Shown: positions 55,475-64,000 of the stretch, piece by piece
How the letters are laid out: every line of letters begins with the position of its first letter
Position numbering within the stretch: the stretch's first letter is position 1
Notes under the pieces: model-generated
Database searches by the model: none
The model's input: the letters and a program-made list of their open reading frames with translations, nothing else
What the model was told of the DNA's origin: nothing
IMG/VR virus record: IMGVR_UViG_3300049027_000140
Coordinates: 34,116-98,115 of that record
Strand: one strand, 5' to 3'
Source of the DNA: a virus
DNA: 64,000 bases
Program-made: the position numbers and the translations under genes

Positions 55475-56170
55475 CTACGCGGCGCGGCCGCTCTCGAGCG
55501 GGAAGAGGCCGAGCACGCGCGAGCGGTAGAGAGGGTGGCTCGCGTAGTCCGGTCCCCATTCGCGCCGCTTCTCATCGATCCACGCGCGCGTCGCGAGGCC
55601 GTGGATGACCCTCTCGCCGGTCTGCGCGTTCGGTGTGTCCTCGCTGTTGAGGCGCATGGTCGACCAGCGCGGCTCGTGCGCGCCGTGGTGGATCTGGTGC
55701 CAGAGCGTGCCGGGCTCGGCCTTGGCGAGGCCGAACATGATGGCGCGAGCGCCGGCGTCCGTTGCCTGGTCGATCGCGCGCAGAGTCTCGTCGCTCAGAT
55801 GGTCCGCGTTGTCGACGACGATCAGCTCGGTCCTGCCGACCACTTCGAGCGGATCAGGTCTCCACCATGAGAACTCCGACGAGCAGAAATAGATCTTGCT
55901 CTCCGCGGCCCGACCCGGCAGCAGGTTCAGTACGTCGTTCACCAGAACGATGCCTGGTGACACCAGGTGCACACGTGACCATCGCGTCGCGTAGAACCAG
56001 AGCGCCGCCGCTGCTGCGGCGGTCGTCATGCCGGTCTTGTGACCGGACACGACTGCGAGCCGCGGCGCCTCGGCAGCCGCGCGCAGGACGTCCTCCTGCC
56101 CACGCCAGAGCGTGAGCCCGAGGTCCTCGCGGGCGAACTCGCTGGGAGACACGTTCGACTGGTCGCTCAT
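55475..56170 (-). CDS. Inactive TerL ATPase-domain paralogue (no nuclease domain)
   Basis: Aligns by eye to the N-terminal half of TerL (58160-59794); Walker A GHKTGMT, Walker B VVDNA. Confidence 0.85.
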   Translation of the reverse strand: MSDQSNVSPSEFAREDLGLTLWRGQEDVLRAAAEAPRLAVVSGHKTGMTTAAAAAALWFYATRWSRVHLVSPGIVLVNDVLNLLPGRAAESKIYFCSSEFSWWRPDPLEVVGRTELIVVDNADHLSDETLRAIDQATDAGARAIMFGLAKAEPGTLWHQIHHGAHEPRWSTMRLNSEDTPNAQTGERVIHGLATRAWIDEKRREWGPDYASHPLYRSRVLGLFPLESGRAA

Positions 56171-57696
56171 GACATCTCCGCGGCTCTCCGCCGCTCGCGG
56201 CGCCGCTGCGCGTCCTCGATGGCGCGCGCCTCAGCTTCGGCCTCCGCGTCGAGGTGGTCGGCGAGGTCGTCGCCTTCGAGCATCCGGACCCGTCCGGGCT
56301 CCGGGAGCGCGATGCGGGCGCCCTCGCTGGCGATCCGCATGCGAGCGATGCGCGCGCGGTCCGCCTCGGCGGGCACGAGCGCCGGGACCGGGTTGCCGAT
56401 CACGGCCTCGCCCGTCTTCGGCGTCGGCATGCCGTAGAGCTTGTAGATCCAGGGGATCGACACCGGCAGCCCGAGCCTCACGAGCCGCTCGATGGCCTGC
56501 GCGAGCGCCGCGAGGTCCACGTCGTCGCCGCCGGCGAGGTGGATGCTGGGCACTGCCGCGTCGGCGCCGAAGTTCAGCCGGACCGCAGCGGCCACGAGCT
56601 GGCGCTGGAGCACCGAGGCGATCGCGCGCGCAGCAGCGTTGCGCCGGTCGTTCTGCACCTTCCGGTGCACCTGAGCCTGCGACAGGCTCGAGCCGTCCTC
56701 CGTGGTCATCGTCTGACCGAGGACAGCCTTCGACATCTCCGCCGCGAGGAACGCCGCCAGGGAGCCGTGGGCGCCTCCGCCGTTGCTCCCCGTCTGACCG
56801 CCATTCGACTTGGCGAACACGACGTCCAGCGCCACCGTGTCCGGCAGCATCGTCGCCCCGTTGGTGACGAGGTACTGGAGCGCGTTCTCGAGCGCCGCGA
56901 TGTCCTTGTCGCTGGCGAACTCGTCCTTCTTGTACTTGCCGATCCGCCAGGGCTTCCACGCCAGCTCGGCGAGGGCGAGCCAGTCCTTGACCGTCCAGTT
57001 GCGGAACAGCGCCGCCCACGTGAGCGGCCGGATGAGGCCCTCCCGGGAGGCGATCGCGCCTGTCACGCGCGGCCTGAACTGCACGAAGCGGTTCGGGTAC
57101 TTCGTCGGCAGGTGGATGCCGCTGGTAGCCCCGAACCCGCTCACGTCGAAGTGGAGCTCCGACGTGGCCTGGTCGTAGAGGAAGCGCCGCGGCATGATCG
57201 GCTCAGCGCCGATCGGCACGAGTTCGAGGCCGCGCTTCTCCCAGATGACCTCGGCGACCGCGTGGCTGTAGGTGTAGCCACCGGCCAGGTGCGAGATCAG
57301 CGTGGAGAGGTCGTAGGCCCTGTCGCTCTCGACGCGGCTGCCGAAGCTGCGGAGGAAGGACTCGACCCAGGCGGCGATCTTGAGGTCCCGGCGCCGCGGG
57401 CTCGCCGGGACGACCTGCACCTCAAGGAGCGCGAGGGCGAGTTCGAAGGTGCTGAGCACCGCGTGGAGGTGGCAGTCCTTCTGCCGGCTTTCGTCGAACA
57501 GGTCGACGAGCTGCCAGAGGTGCCCCTGGTCCGCCGCGGCGAAGATGTTGCTGACGGCGCGGGGGGTCAGCTCGCCGCCGATGCGGCCCGGGTTAAACCA
57601 GAGCGGCAGTTCGTCGACGACGCCGACGCGCTCCGTCATCGCTCGCCGCCCGACGGCACGGGCGAGCATGCCGCTCAGGGAGGCGAAGATGCCCAC
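56167..57696 (-). CDS. Portal protein (Mu gp29/DUF935 family)
   Basis: A..G.L..L.DL, KD.HL, W..LAE...KP.RIGKY, EMSKAVLGQT.TT, A.VH..V..D. Confidence 0.92.
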   Translation of the reverse strand: MGIFASLSGMLARAVGRRAMTERVGVVDELPLWFNPGRIGGELTPRAVSNIFAAADQGHLWQLVDLFDESRQKDCHLHAVLSTFELALALLEVQVVPASPRRRDLKIAAWVESFLRSFGSRVESDRAYDLSTLISHLAGGYTYSHAVAEVIWEKRGLELVPIGAEPIMPRRFLYDQATSELHFDVSGFGATSGIHLPTKYPNRFVQFRPRVTGAIASREGLIRPLTWAALFRNWTVKDWLALAELAWKPWRIGKYKKDEFASDKDIAALENALQYLVTNGATMLPDTVALDVVFAKSNGGQTGSNGGGAHGSLAAFLAAEMSKAVLGQTMTTEDGSSLSQAQVHRKVQNDRRNAAARAIASVLQRQLVAAAVRLNFGADAAVPSIHLAGGDDVDLAALAQAIERLVRLGLPVSIPWIYKLYGMPTPKTGEAVIGNPVPALVPAEADRARIARMRIASEGARIALPEPGRVRMLEGDDLADHLDAEAEAEARAIEDAQRRRERRRAAEMS

Positions 57697-57725
57697 GGGA
57701 GATCAGGAGGCCGGAACGGCCTCGA

Positions 57726-58163
57726 TCACGACCTGACGGTGTAGAACAGGTTCACCTTGACGCTGCCCGCGGTCGCGGTGTTCAGGTCCTCGCTGCTCGT
57801 GATGACGACCTTGTACGTCTCGTTCGCCAGCGGGCGCATCAGGACCGCCTCGACGCCCGCGGTCCCCGTCTTCGGGAACCCGGTCTGCCCGGCCGCGACG
57901 TTGACCGTCGTAACGATCGAGTCGTCGTCGCTGTCGCTCCCGACCTTGAGCACGTAGGTAGCGGTCGCGCCGTCGGAGAAGCCCGTGAAGCTCTCGCCGA
58001 TCGTGTGGCCGAGGTAGCGCGCGTCATCGGGCAGGACGGCGCCAAGGTCGACCTCGTGGCTCGTCACGCCCTCCGCCAGGTCGGCGAAGTCCGTGAAGGC
58101 GATCGTGACGGTGCGCTTCTGGAATGCGGCGCTGGGAACGCCTGCGGGGGTCATGCCTCTCAT
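57726..58163 (-). CDS. Jelly-roll-like virion (cement) protein
   Basis: LP..A.., F.DG..A..LKVG, TAGSV.V.L.Y pattern. Confidence 0.6.
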   Translation of the reverse strand: MRGMTPAGVPSAAFQKRTVTIAFTDFADLAEGVTSHEVDLGAVLPDDARYLGHTIGESFTGFSDGATATYVLKVGSDSDDDSIVTTVNVAAGQTGFPKTGTAGVEAVLMRPLANETYKVVITSSEDLNTATAGSVKVNLFYTVRS

Positions 58164-59794
58164 CCGAATCCTCTTCCGGGCTGGTCCGCGTAGCGGAGCG
58201 GTGTCTGCTTCTTCGGCAGGTGGACGGTGCGGCGCTTGACCACGCCGTCGAACACGGCGAGCCCGGCCCCGTCGCCATGGTCGGGGGAGCGGCCGATGCG
58301 CTTCTTGAGCTTGTCCTTGCTCTCGATCTGGACGCGGCCTACGCCGTCCAGGAAGTACTTCGGGGCGAGCAGGTCATCCTGGAGCCGCTGGTCGGGCTCG
58401 AAGCCACCGCCGGCGCGGATCCAACTCCGCACGCCCAGGCCGATCTCGGCGCGGAGGTTGACGTACTCGTCCTCGTTGCCGTCGGTCGGGCTCTCGCCGG
58501 AGTTCACCGCGATCACCTCGACGCCGCGCTTGTGCTTCAAAAAGTCGTAGGCGGAGGCGCCGATGCCGATCGCGTCGATGAGCACCAGCGGCCGCTCGAC
58601 GCCGACCACGTGCTCCTCGATGCAGGTCATCACCTCGTCGGCCACTTCCTGCCCGTCGCAGAACTTCAGCACGCGAGGCTGGAAGAGCCGTAGGCCGCGC
58701 CGCGGGTAGATGACCGTGAGATCGTCGCCGTACCTGGCGGGGTCGACGCCGATCTGGAGCCGCTCTGTCGGCTCGCGCCAGGCGCCGCGAACCACCGCGA
58801 GTTCGCCTGGGGTGCGGATGATGCCGCGCCAGTTCTTGGGGTCGTCGAGAAGCTCTCGTCGCCCGAGCAGCTGCGCGGCGAACGTGTACCAGACGCGGTG
58901 GGCCCGCTCGATGTCCTTGAGCGAGACGACCTGGTCGGCTGCCTGGAGCGGAAACTCGCCGAGGACGCGCACGCGGTACCGCGGGTCGTTCTCGTAGTCG
59001 GGGCCCCACTCCTTGCGCTTCTCTTCGATCCAGCCGAGCGTGGCCAGGCCGGGGAGGACCTTCTTGCCCGCCCGGACGTTGGGCGTCTCCTCGCTGGAGA
59101 AGCTGAAGCAGATGTAGAGGTCGCGCTTCGAGTTGAAGGCGTCGTAGAACTCGCCCGACGTCTGCGTCGGGTTGCTGAACATCAGCACGGAGGCGCCGCC
59201 GGCTCGGTTGCCGTCGATCGCCTCGAAGATCGCCGCGCCGACGCCGCTCGCCTCGTCGATGAGGTAGAGGATGTTCTCGCCGGAGATGCCGGCCATTCGC
59301 TCGGGCTGCTTCGTGCTGAAGCCGAGGACCTCGCTCTGCTGCCCTGACTCAAGGTGCTGGAGCCCGAGCTCGGGCACCTCGTGCAGGCGACCACCGAGAC
59401 CACCGAGGACCTTGAGCCGATCGGCTGCGAGCCCCCAGAGCTTGCGGATCTCCCTCCACAAGATGCTGCGGATCTGCCGCGCCGTCGGAGCCGTCATGAT
59501 GACGCGGGCGGCGGGTCGCGTGACCCACCACCACAGCGCCACGACGGCGATCACGAGGCTCTTACCGATCTTGTGGCCGCTCTTGACCGCGACGCGGACC
59601 GGCCCGCGGGAGCTCCGCGCGATGGCCTTGCAGATCCGCCGCTGGGCTCGCCAGAGCTGGACGCCGAACACGTCCCAGGCGAACCGGACCGGGTCGTTGT
59701 ACCAGCGCGCGATGAGCTGCGCGGCCAGCTCGCGGGCTTCGCCGCTGTCGCCCGGGGCCTCGGAGGCTCCGGCGTGGTCTGCTGCGGCCTGCAT
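58160..59794 (-). CDS. terL: Terminase large subunit
   Basis: Walker A SGHKIGKS, Walker B YLIDEASG, SNP motif, nuclease IGVDPARYGDD, IDAIGIGA, SPDHGD. Confidence 0.95.
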   Translation of the reverse strand: MQAAADHAGASEAPGDSGEARELAAQLIARWYNDPVRFAWDVFGVQLWRAQRRICKAIARSSRGPVRVAVKSGHKIGKSLVIAVVALWWWVTRPAARVIMTAPTARQIRSILWREIRKLWGLAADRLKVLGGLGGRLHEVPELGLQHLESGQQSEVLGFSTKQPERMAGISGENILYLIDEASGVGAAIFEAIDGNRAGGASVLMFSNPTQTSGEFYDAFNSKRDLYICFSFSSEETPNVRAGKKVLPGLATLGWIEEKRKEWGPDYENDPRYRVRVLGEFPLQAADQVVSLKDIERAHRVWYTFAAQLLGRRELLDDPKNWRGIIRTPGELAVVRGAWREPTERLQIGVDPARYGDDLTVIYPRRGLRLFQPRVLKFCDGQEVADEVMTCIEEHVVGVERPLVLIDAIGIGASAYDFLKHKRGVEVIAVNSGESPTDGNEDEYVNLRAEIGLGVRSWIRAGGGFEPDQRLQDDLLAPKYFLDGVGRVQIESKDKLKKRIGRSPDHGDGAGLAVFDGVVKRRTVHLPKKQTPLRYADQPGRGFG

Positions 59795-60651
59795 CAGCGC
59801 CTCGGCGGCTGCCAGATGAACGGCCGCTTGGGCGCCGGGCCTGCCATGGCGGGCTCGGGAGCGCGCGGCGTGGGGGAAGGTTGCGGCGCCGGTGGGGTCT
59901 CCTCGACCGGCCCCTCCACCACCTCGCGGTCGGGCTCGCCGTCCGGTTCGCCATCGGCCCAGCGCGGTGGGGGCCTCAGGTACTCGTCCTCGTCCTCCTC
60001 GCCGTCGGGCTCGTCGCCCTCGATGGCGGGCGGAGGGCTGTTGCCCACGAGCGCCTTGAGGCCGTCGGCGGGGGTCTCCTTCTTCTGGCCCGGCAGCCCG
60101 CCGCCGGTGACCATGTTCCGGATCTGGACGAGCTTGCCGAGCTCCCTGGCGAGCCCTGCCATCAGGGTCGACTGCGGGAACGTCATCTCGTCGGGATTGC
60201 CACGGACGGTGCGCCCGACCGCCTGGACCGTCTGAAATAGCTCGAGCGCCAGCTCGTCCAGCCCGGAGAGGTCCGGCTTCCAGACGTGGACCTCGGTCGC
60301 GGGCTCCGACGCGTCGGGCCTGCTGTCGGGCCTCGGCGCCGCCTGTCGGGCCTGCTGTCGGGGCTGGCCGGGCCGGAGCGGGGTGACCGTCGCGACGCGG
60401 GCAGAGGGCGGTGGGGGCTTCTGGGCGGGCTCCGGCGCGCCAGCCCGGTGCAGCTTCCAGTGCCGGCCGAGGGCGTCGTGGCGGATGTGCTCGCCGTGCT
60501 CCGCCTCCAGCCAGACCGAGATCCCCCGCGCCGAGTCCCCGCGCGCCAGCCGCGCCTCGATCTCCGCCCGCCACGGCGACGTGCAGGTCTTGCAGTCGTG
60601 CCTGAACTTGGCGGGGCTGTTGTCGGGGCTGGCGGGCCTGTCGGCGGCCAT
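59794..60651 (-). CDS. Putative terminase small subunit
   Basis: CKTC.SP.R.EIE..L.RG.S.R.I..ALGRH HTH; TGATG coupled to terL. Confidence 0.7.
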   Translation of the reverse strand: MAADRPASPDNSPAKFRHDCKTCTSPWRAEIEARLARGDSARGISVWLEAEHGEHIRHDALGRHWKLHRAGAPEPAQKPPPPSARVATVTPLRPGQPRQQARQAAPRPDSRPDASEPATEVHVWKPDLSGLDELALELFQTVQAVGRTVRGNPDEMTFPQSTLMAGLARELGKLVQIRNMVTGGGLPGQKKETPADGLKALVGNSPPPAIEGDEPDGEEDEDEYLRPPPRWADGEPDGEPDREVVEGPVEETPPAPQPSPTPRAPEPAMAGPAPKRPFIWQPPRR

Positions 60652-60684
60652 GGCGGGCCTGTGCTGCGGCGGATGCCCGACGGC

Positions 60685-60957
60685 CTACGGGGTCGCGATG
60701 GGCTTGGCGGCGGTCTCGCTGTTGGGTGTCGGGGTGGTCGTGTCGGGTCTGGCGGGCCCGCTGTCGGGGCGGGCGCCGGAGTGCTCGGGGCAGAGGCAGC
60801 GGGCGGTCCGGCTGTGGCCGTCCGTCTCGACGCGCCAGTCGATGCTCTGGAGCGCCGCGACGAGATCACCGTAGGTCTCGCCGAGGCCGTCGAAGCCGGC
60901 GCTCGTGGCGGTGCTGCAGTCGGGCGCATCGCAGGTGATGCAGATGTGGATGGGCAT
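60685..60957 (-). CDS. Small zinc-binding protein
   Basis: ITCD..DC..W..CLCPEH. Confidence 0.6.
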   Translation of the reverse strand: MPIHICITCDAPDCSTATSAGFDGLGETYGDLVAALQSIDWRVETDGHSRTARCLCPEHSGARPDSGPARPDTTTPTPNSETAAKPIATP

Positions 60958-61298
60958 CAGCCGAACGGCGTGTGAGCCGGTCTCCCGCCCACCCGGAACG
61001 AATGACGGCGTGAGCGGCCACCGCGTCCGCGACACGGACACCGCCGGTGGTGAGCCCGCGTCCGCCCGTCTGCGCACTTCCAGCAACGGATGCTCCGCCC
61101 GAGGAAGAGGCGCCCGACCTGGTGAGCGAGGCCCTTGATGCCGACTGCGCCGACGCGCGCCTCGCTGGCGAGCGCGCCCAGCGCGAAGGTCTCGCCGAGG
61201 ATGAGCTTGCGGAACAGCGGGCCGGGCGGAGCGTCCGGCGGCCGTACCAGCAGGTGGTCCGCGGCGGCCTCGGTCGTGGAGTCAGCGTGGGGCTGCAC
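60957..61298 (-). CDS. Hypothetical protein
   Basis: CWKC..H..CPC; start uncertain. Confidence 0.4.
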   Translation of the reverse strand: MQPHADSTTEAAADHLLVRPPDAPPGPLFRKLILGETFALGALASEARVGAVGIKGLAHQVGRLFLGRSIRCWKCADGRTRAHHRRCPCRGRGGRSRRHSFRVGGRPAHTPFG

Positions 61299-61381
61299 GG
61301 TGGAAGAGGGAGCGGCCCGATGACAGCAGTCACCTTTGCAACCGGTCCAGCCGGATGCGGCGCAGGCCTGGCGCCGATGTG

Positions 61382-61420
61382 CCAACGCCGGCTCACCGCT
61401 GGGCAGCGGGCCGGCGTTGG
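61382..61420. other. Strong hairpin in the leader upstream of the packaging genes
   Basis: CCAACGCCGGC-TCA-CCGCTG-GG-CAGCGG-GCCGGCGTTGG. Confidence 0.6.
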
Positions 61421-61530
61421 GTTGCTCGGGCGCCCGGTGGGGACGCCTCTCGCGAGCGTGAGCGGATTCTGCAAGATGCTGTGGCGTCAGCGCTACCGAA
61501 TTCGACGCGCGAGAAACAGCCTGTTCACTG

Positions 61531-61947
61531 CTATCCCGCGAGCCTATCCGTCAGCCACACCGAAACAGCGGGCTTGTCCTGCGCGTCGAACCAGTCGATC
61601 AGGGCGTCCTCGTAGACCCAGGGGCTGCGTCCGCCGAGGCCGAAGACGGGGAGCGGGTCCTCCCTCCTGCTCGCGTAGGCCTTCACGGTGTTCACGCTGC
61701 ACCGGAGGCGCTTCGCCATCGCGCGGAGTCCCACGATGCGCGGGCAGTCGTTGTCGGGCCGCTGACGGGCCTTCCAGCGGTCGACCCGCTCGGCCTTCAT
61801 CCAGTGCTTGCCGAGGATGTACCGCACCCGGAGCGGGTCCCGTGTGCGCATGGCGTACCCGACCACAGTCTCCTCCTCGGCGACGCCGAGTCGCCGCTTC
61901 AGGGCGCGCATCGTCCAGATGACGTGGGGCGTGGCGAGCGGCGTCAA
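61531..61947 (-). CDS. Tandem MerR/Xis-like winged-HTH protein
   Basis: Two repeats: RAL.RRLGV..ETV..YA.R..DPL.V and RAMAKRL.CS.NTV..YA.R..DPLPV. Confidence 0.7.
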   Translation of the reverse strand: MTPLATPHVIWTMRALKRRLGVAEEETVVGYAMRTRDPLRVRYILGKHWMKAERVDRWKARQRPDNDCPRIVGLRAMAKRLRCSVNTVKAYASRREDPLPVFGLGGRSPWVYEDALIDWFDAQDKPAVSVWLTDRLAG

Positions 61948-63074
61948 CCGAGGAGCGCCTCCGACGCGGAACCCGACCCCGTGCCTGGGTGGAAGTCGTG
62001 CCGCGGCGAGCGCCGCTCCCCCCTCGGCCTCGCCGCCGGCGTCAGCGGCGCCAGGAACGCCTTGTCCCCGGTCACCAGGGCCATCTCCTCGGCCCGGGGC
62101 GCGAGCCGCCGCAGGTGCCGCTCCAGCGCGCCCTTGGCCTTGGTGAGCCTGCCGAGGATCTCCTGGTCGCTGAGTTCGGCGGTCGCCGCGGCCGCCTCGG
62201 CATCGCTCACCGAGACGTCGAACGTTCCCCGCCCCCACCGGATGCCGTATCCGCGCGTCGCGGCCAGCCTGCGCCGGTAGCGCGCCACCCGGGTCGCAGG
62301 ACTCGCGCGATCCCGCAGCCAGTCGTTCAGGCCGGCGCGGTCCACGGGGTCGAGCTTCGCGCCCGCCGTGCTCCGCTGGGCGTCGATGGTGCGCTCCACG
62401 GCCCCGAGGTTCTTCACGTGGCCGGCCGTGACGTGGGTAGCCTTGCACTCCACCTCGTGCCAGTGGGCCCGGGTGCGGCCGCGACTCTCGGCGACCTGGA
62501 GGCTCTGCGACCCAGCGCCGAGGCGCCGCCCCTCGCCGTCCTCTGACGCCACCGCCAGCACGTGCCCCGCGCCTCGGAAGAGCGGTTGCTCGGGATCCTC
62601 CCGCCGCTGCCGTCCCACCACCTCGGCGAGCGCCACCGTCGCGGCCGCCCAGGGCTCGTCGGTGTCCGGGTAGAAGAGCAGGTCGCCGAGTGCTTGGACG
62701 ATGCCCACCATCGTCAGCGCCACGGGACGCGGCAGGTGCTCCGGCGGGCTCCTGGGGTCCAGCCGGTCGACGGCGGCCCGGACGACCTTGGCCACCTGCT
62801 CCACGCTCCGCCGGTGCCGCGGAGGCGGGATCCAGCCTTGATCCTCCGGCTCCTCGCCGGCGGCGCTGCGCTCGTCTCGGTGGCTCCAGCCAGCAGCAAG
62901 GAGCCGCTGGGCGTGCTCCGCGCCGGCCCTCGCGAGCCCGCCGCCCGGGAAGCGCCCCAGCGACTCATCCCACGTCTCCCACTCTCGCCCCGGGCTCGGG
63001 TAACGCGCAGAGTCGAGCCAGTCGATCTCGCGCGTGCCGCCCCACGTCCTGTCGATGATCTGCACGTCGCCCAC
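61944..63074 (-). CDS. Hypothetical protein, possible late-transcription regulator
   Basis: GAGGAGG RBS; position upstream of late genes; helical C-terminus. Confidence 0.5.
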   Translation of the reverse strand: MGDVQIIDRTWGGTREIDWLDSARYPSPGREWETWDESLGRFPGGGLARAGAEHAQRLLAAGWSHRDERSAAGEEPEDQGWIPPPRHRRSVEQVAKVVRAAVDRLDPRSPPEHLPRPVALTMVGIVQALGDLLFYPDTDEPWAAATVALAEVVGRQRREDPEQPLFRGAGHVLAVASEDGEGRRLGAGSQSLQVAESRGRTRAHWHEVECKATHVTAGHVKNLGAVERTIDAQRSTAGAKLDPVDRAGLNDWLRDRASPATRVARYRRRLAATRGYGIRWGRGTFDVSVSDAEAAAATAELSDQEILGRLTKAKGALERHLRRLAPRAEEMALVTGDKAFLAPLTPAARPRGERRSPRHDFHPGTGSGSASEALLG

Positions 63075-63193
63075 AGCGTTCCTCCTCGACAGCGCCCGGC
63101 CGTCGTGGTAGTTCTTGCGTGGGACGAGCCCGCCCGGCGATGTCCAAGACGCCCGTCACCTGGCCAGAGGTGGCGGGCGTTGTGCTGTGAGGG

Positions 63194-63676
63194 CTACGTG
63201 GTGCCCTCCGAGCGTGTCCACCCGGTCCAGCCAGGGCCCATGTGCGTCGCTCCGCACGTCAGATGCCCACTCGGGCAACGGTAACCGACATCCTGCTCGC
63301 GGTCGTACGCTGCGCCATCGGCCGACACGATGCCGAATCGTCCGACGGCGACGGGCTTCGCATCGTCACCGCAGCTCCGGCATTGGATGGGCGGGAAGTG
63401 CTCTGCACAGGCCCATACATCGCCCAGGCGAGCGACGCGGCGCACCTGCTTGCCGCAGACGTCACAGGTCGACACGCGATGCACGCTGCTGGGCTCCGCC
63501 TCCACCACGCGCACCCGCAGCGGCACCTCGGTCCACCCGCCGGCCTCTACGCCATGCGCCACCAGCACCATCCGCCGCGTGAGGCGGTCGAGAAGCAACC
63601 ACCGCGCACGAGCGAGCGCGAGGAAGGCCTCCGTGCTGCCGAAGCGCTCCAACTCGGCCTCGATGTCAGCTCTCAT
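63194..63676 (-). CDS. Zinc-finger hypothetical protein
   Basis: CDVC..C..H, CRSC..C..GH. Confidence 0.55.
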   Translation of the reverse strand: MRADIEAELERFGSTEAFLALARARWLLLDRLTRRMVLVAHGVEAGGWTEVPLRVRVVEAEPSSVHRVSTCDVCGKQVRRVARLGDVWACAEHFPPIQCRSCGDDAKPVAVGRFGIVSADGAAYDREQDVGYRCPSGHLTCGATHMGPGWTGWTRSEGTT

Positions 63677-64000
63677 CCGTCCTCCCAGTTGAACCACACC
63701 ATCTCGCCGTCGTCGCCCATGAAGCCAGTGAGCGGGCGGTCGACGCCGCGGAGCTGCTCGGGGCCCCAGCCTGCCGCCTCGCGCACATCCGCGGCCGGCC
63801 AGGTGGCGCACGCACCGTACACGACGTCGGGCCCGTCCCAGGACGCCAGCATGCGCGGCGGCGCCACCGGGTCGGGCGCCTTCACGAGCGCGATGGGCGG
63901 CGGTGGGGCAGCGGCGAGCGCCTCGAGGATCTCCCGCAGCGGGCTCCCGAGGTCCACCGGGTCCACCGGCGCGCCGGTCCGGGCGCAGACGATGGGCATC
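63673..64000 (-). CDS. Hypothetical protein (may be 5'-truncated)
   Basis: Open to window edge; ATGA coupling. Confidence 0.45.
   Translation of the reverse strand, partial: MPIVCARTGAPVDPVDLGSPLREILEALAAAPPPPIALVKAPDPVAPPRMLASWDGPDVVYGACATWPAADVREAAGWGPEQLRGVDRPLTGFMGDDGEMVWFNWEDG

Larger units (their letters stand above)
1..64000. mobile_element. Tailed phage/prophage (Mu-like contractile tail, HK97-type head); extends beyond both window ends
   Basis: Continuous phage gene content: recombination module, terminase, portal, protease, capsid, sheath, tube, tape measure, baseplate, lysins; no host housekeeping genes. Confidence 0.95.

Noticed and set aside
55475-56170. Calling the TerL paralogue a pseudogene
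   Set aside because: The frame is intact despite strong divergence, it is coupled to the portal gene and it ends at a domain boundary.
36846-57696. Mu-like transposable phage
   Set aside because: Structural genes are Mu-like, but no MuA/MuB is present in the window and the early region is RecET type.
58160-60574. 804-aa TerL as given by the ORF track
   Set aside because: The upstream part overlaps the TerS frame; the real start is the coupled ATG at 59794.
61320-61530. tRNA gene
   Set aside because: Hairpins are present, but no cloverleaf or T-loop consensus could be built.

Overview
The whole window reads as part of one very GC-rich tailed phage or prophage with a contractile Mu-like tail and an HK97-type head. 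The host is probably a myxobacterium, inferred from Cys-rich CDDGxxCTxDxC surface proteins and a myxobacterial-type sigma-region-4 protein. Layout: (i) 1-16042 (+) early operon with a DEDD exonuclease, YqaJ exonuclease, RecT, a protein ending in an SSB-type tail, a TrpF-like barrel, a STAS-like protein, a MazG/PRA-PH enzyme, a DarG-like macrodomain, a sigma-70 factor and many small ORFs; (ii) 16050-22361 accessory/control region with near-consensus, partly leaderless promoters, operators, HTH/RHH regulators and an LPD29 protein; (iii) 22426-64000 (-) late region with TerS, TerL, portal, protease/scaffold, capsid, neck, sheath, tube, tape measure, baseplate, fibres, lysis genes with two endolysins, and a second fibre-like module, interrupted by (+) strand morons. 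I saw no integrase, replication genes, tRNA, CRISPR array or reverse transcriptase. The most striking observation is that, besides its intact TerL, the phage carries two intact, translationally coupled genes that look like catalytically dead, nuclease-less terminase ATPase domains. One is a clear paralogue of its own TerL, between portal and protease (55475-56170). The other resembles a different terminase lineage and is wedged between the two endolysins (27219-28055). Together they may be a terminase decoy or packaging-interference system. All family calls come from manual motif recognition; no database search was run.
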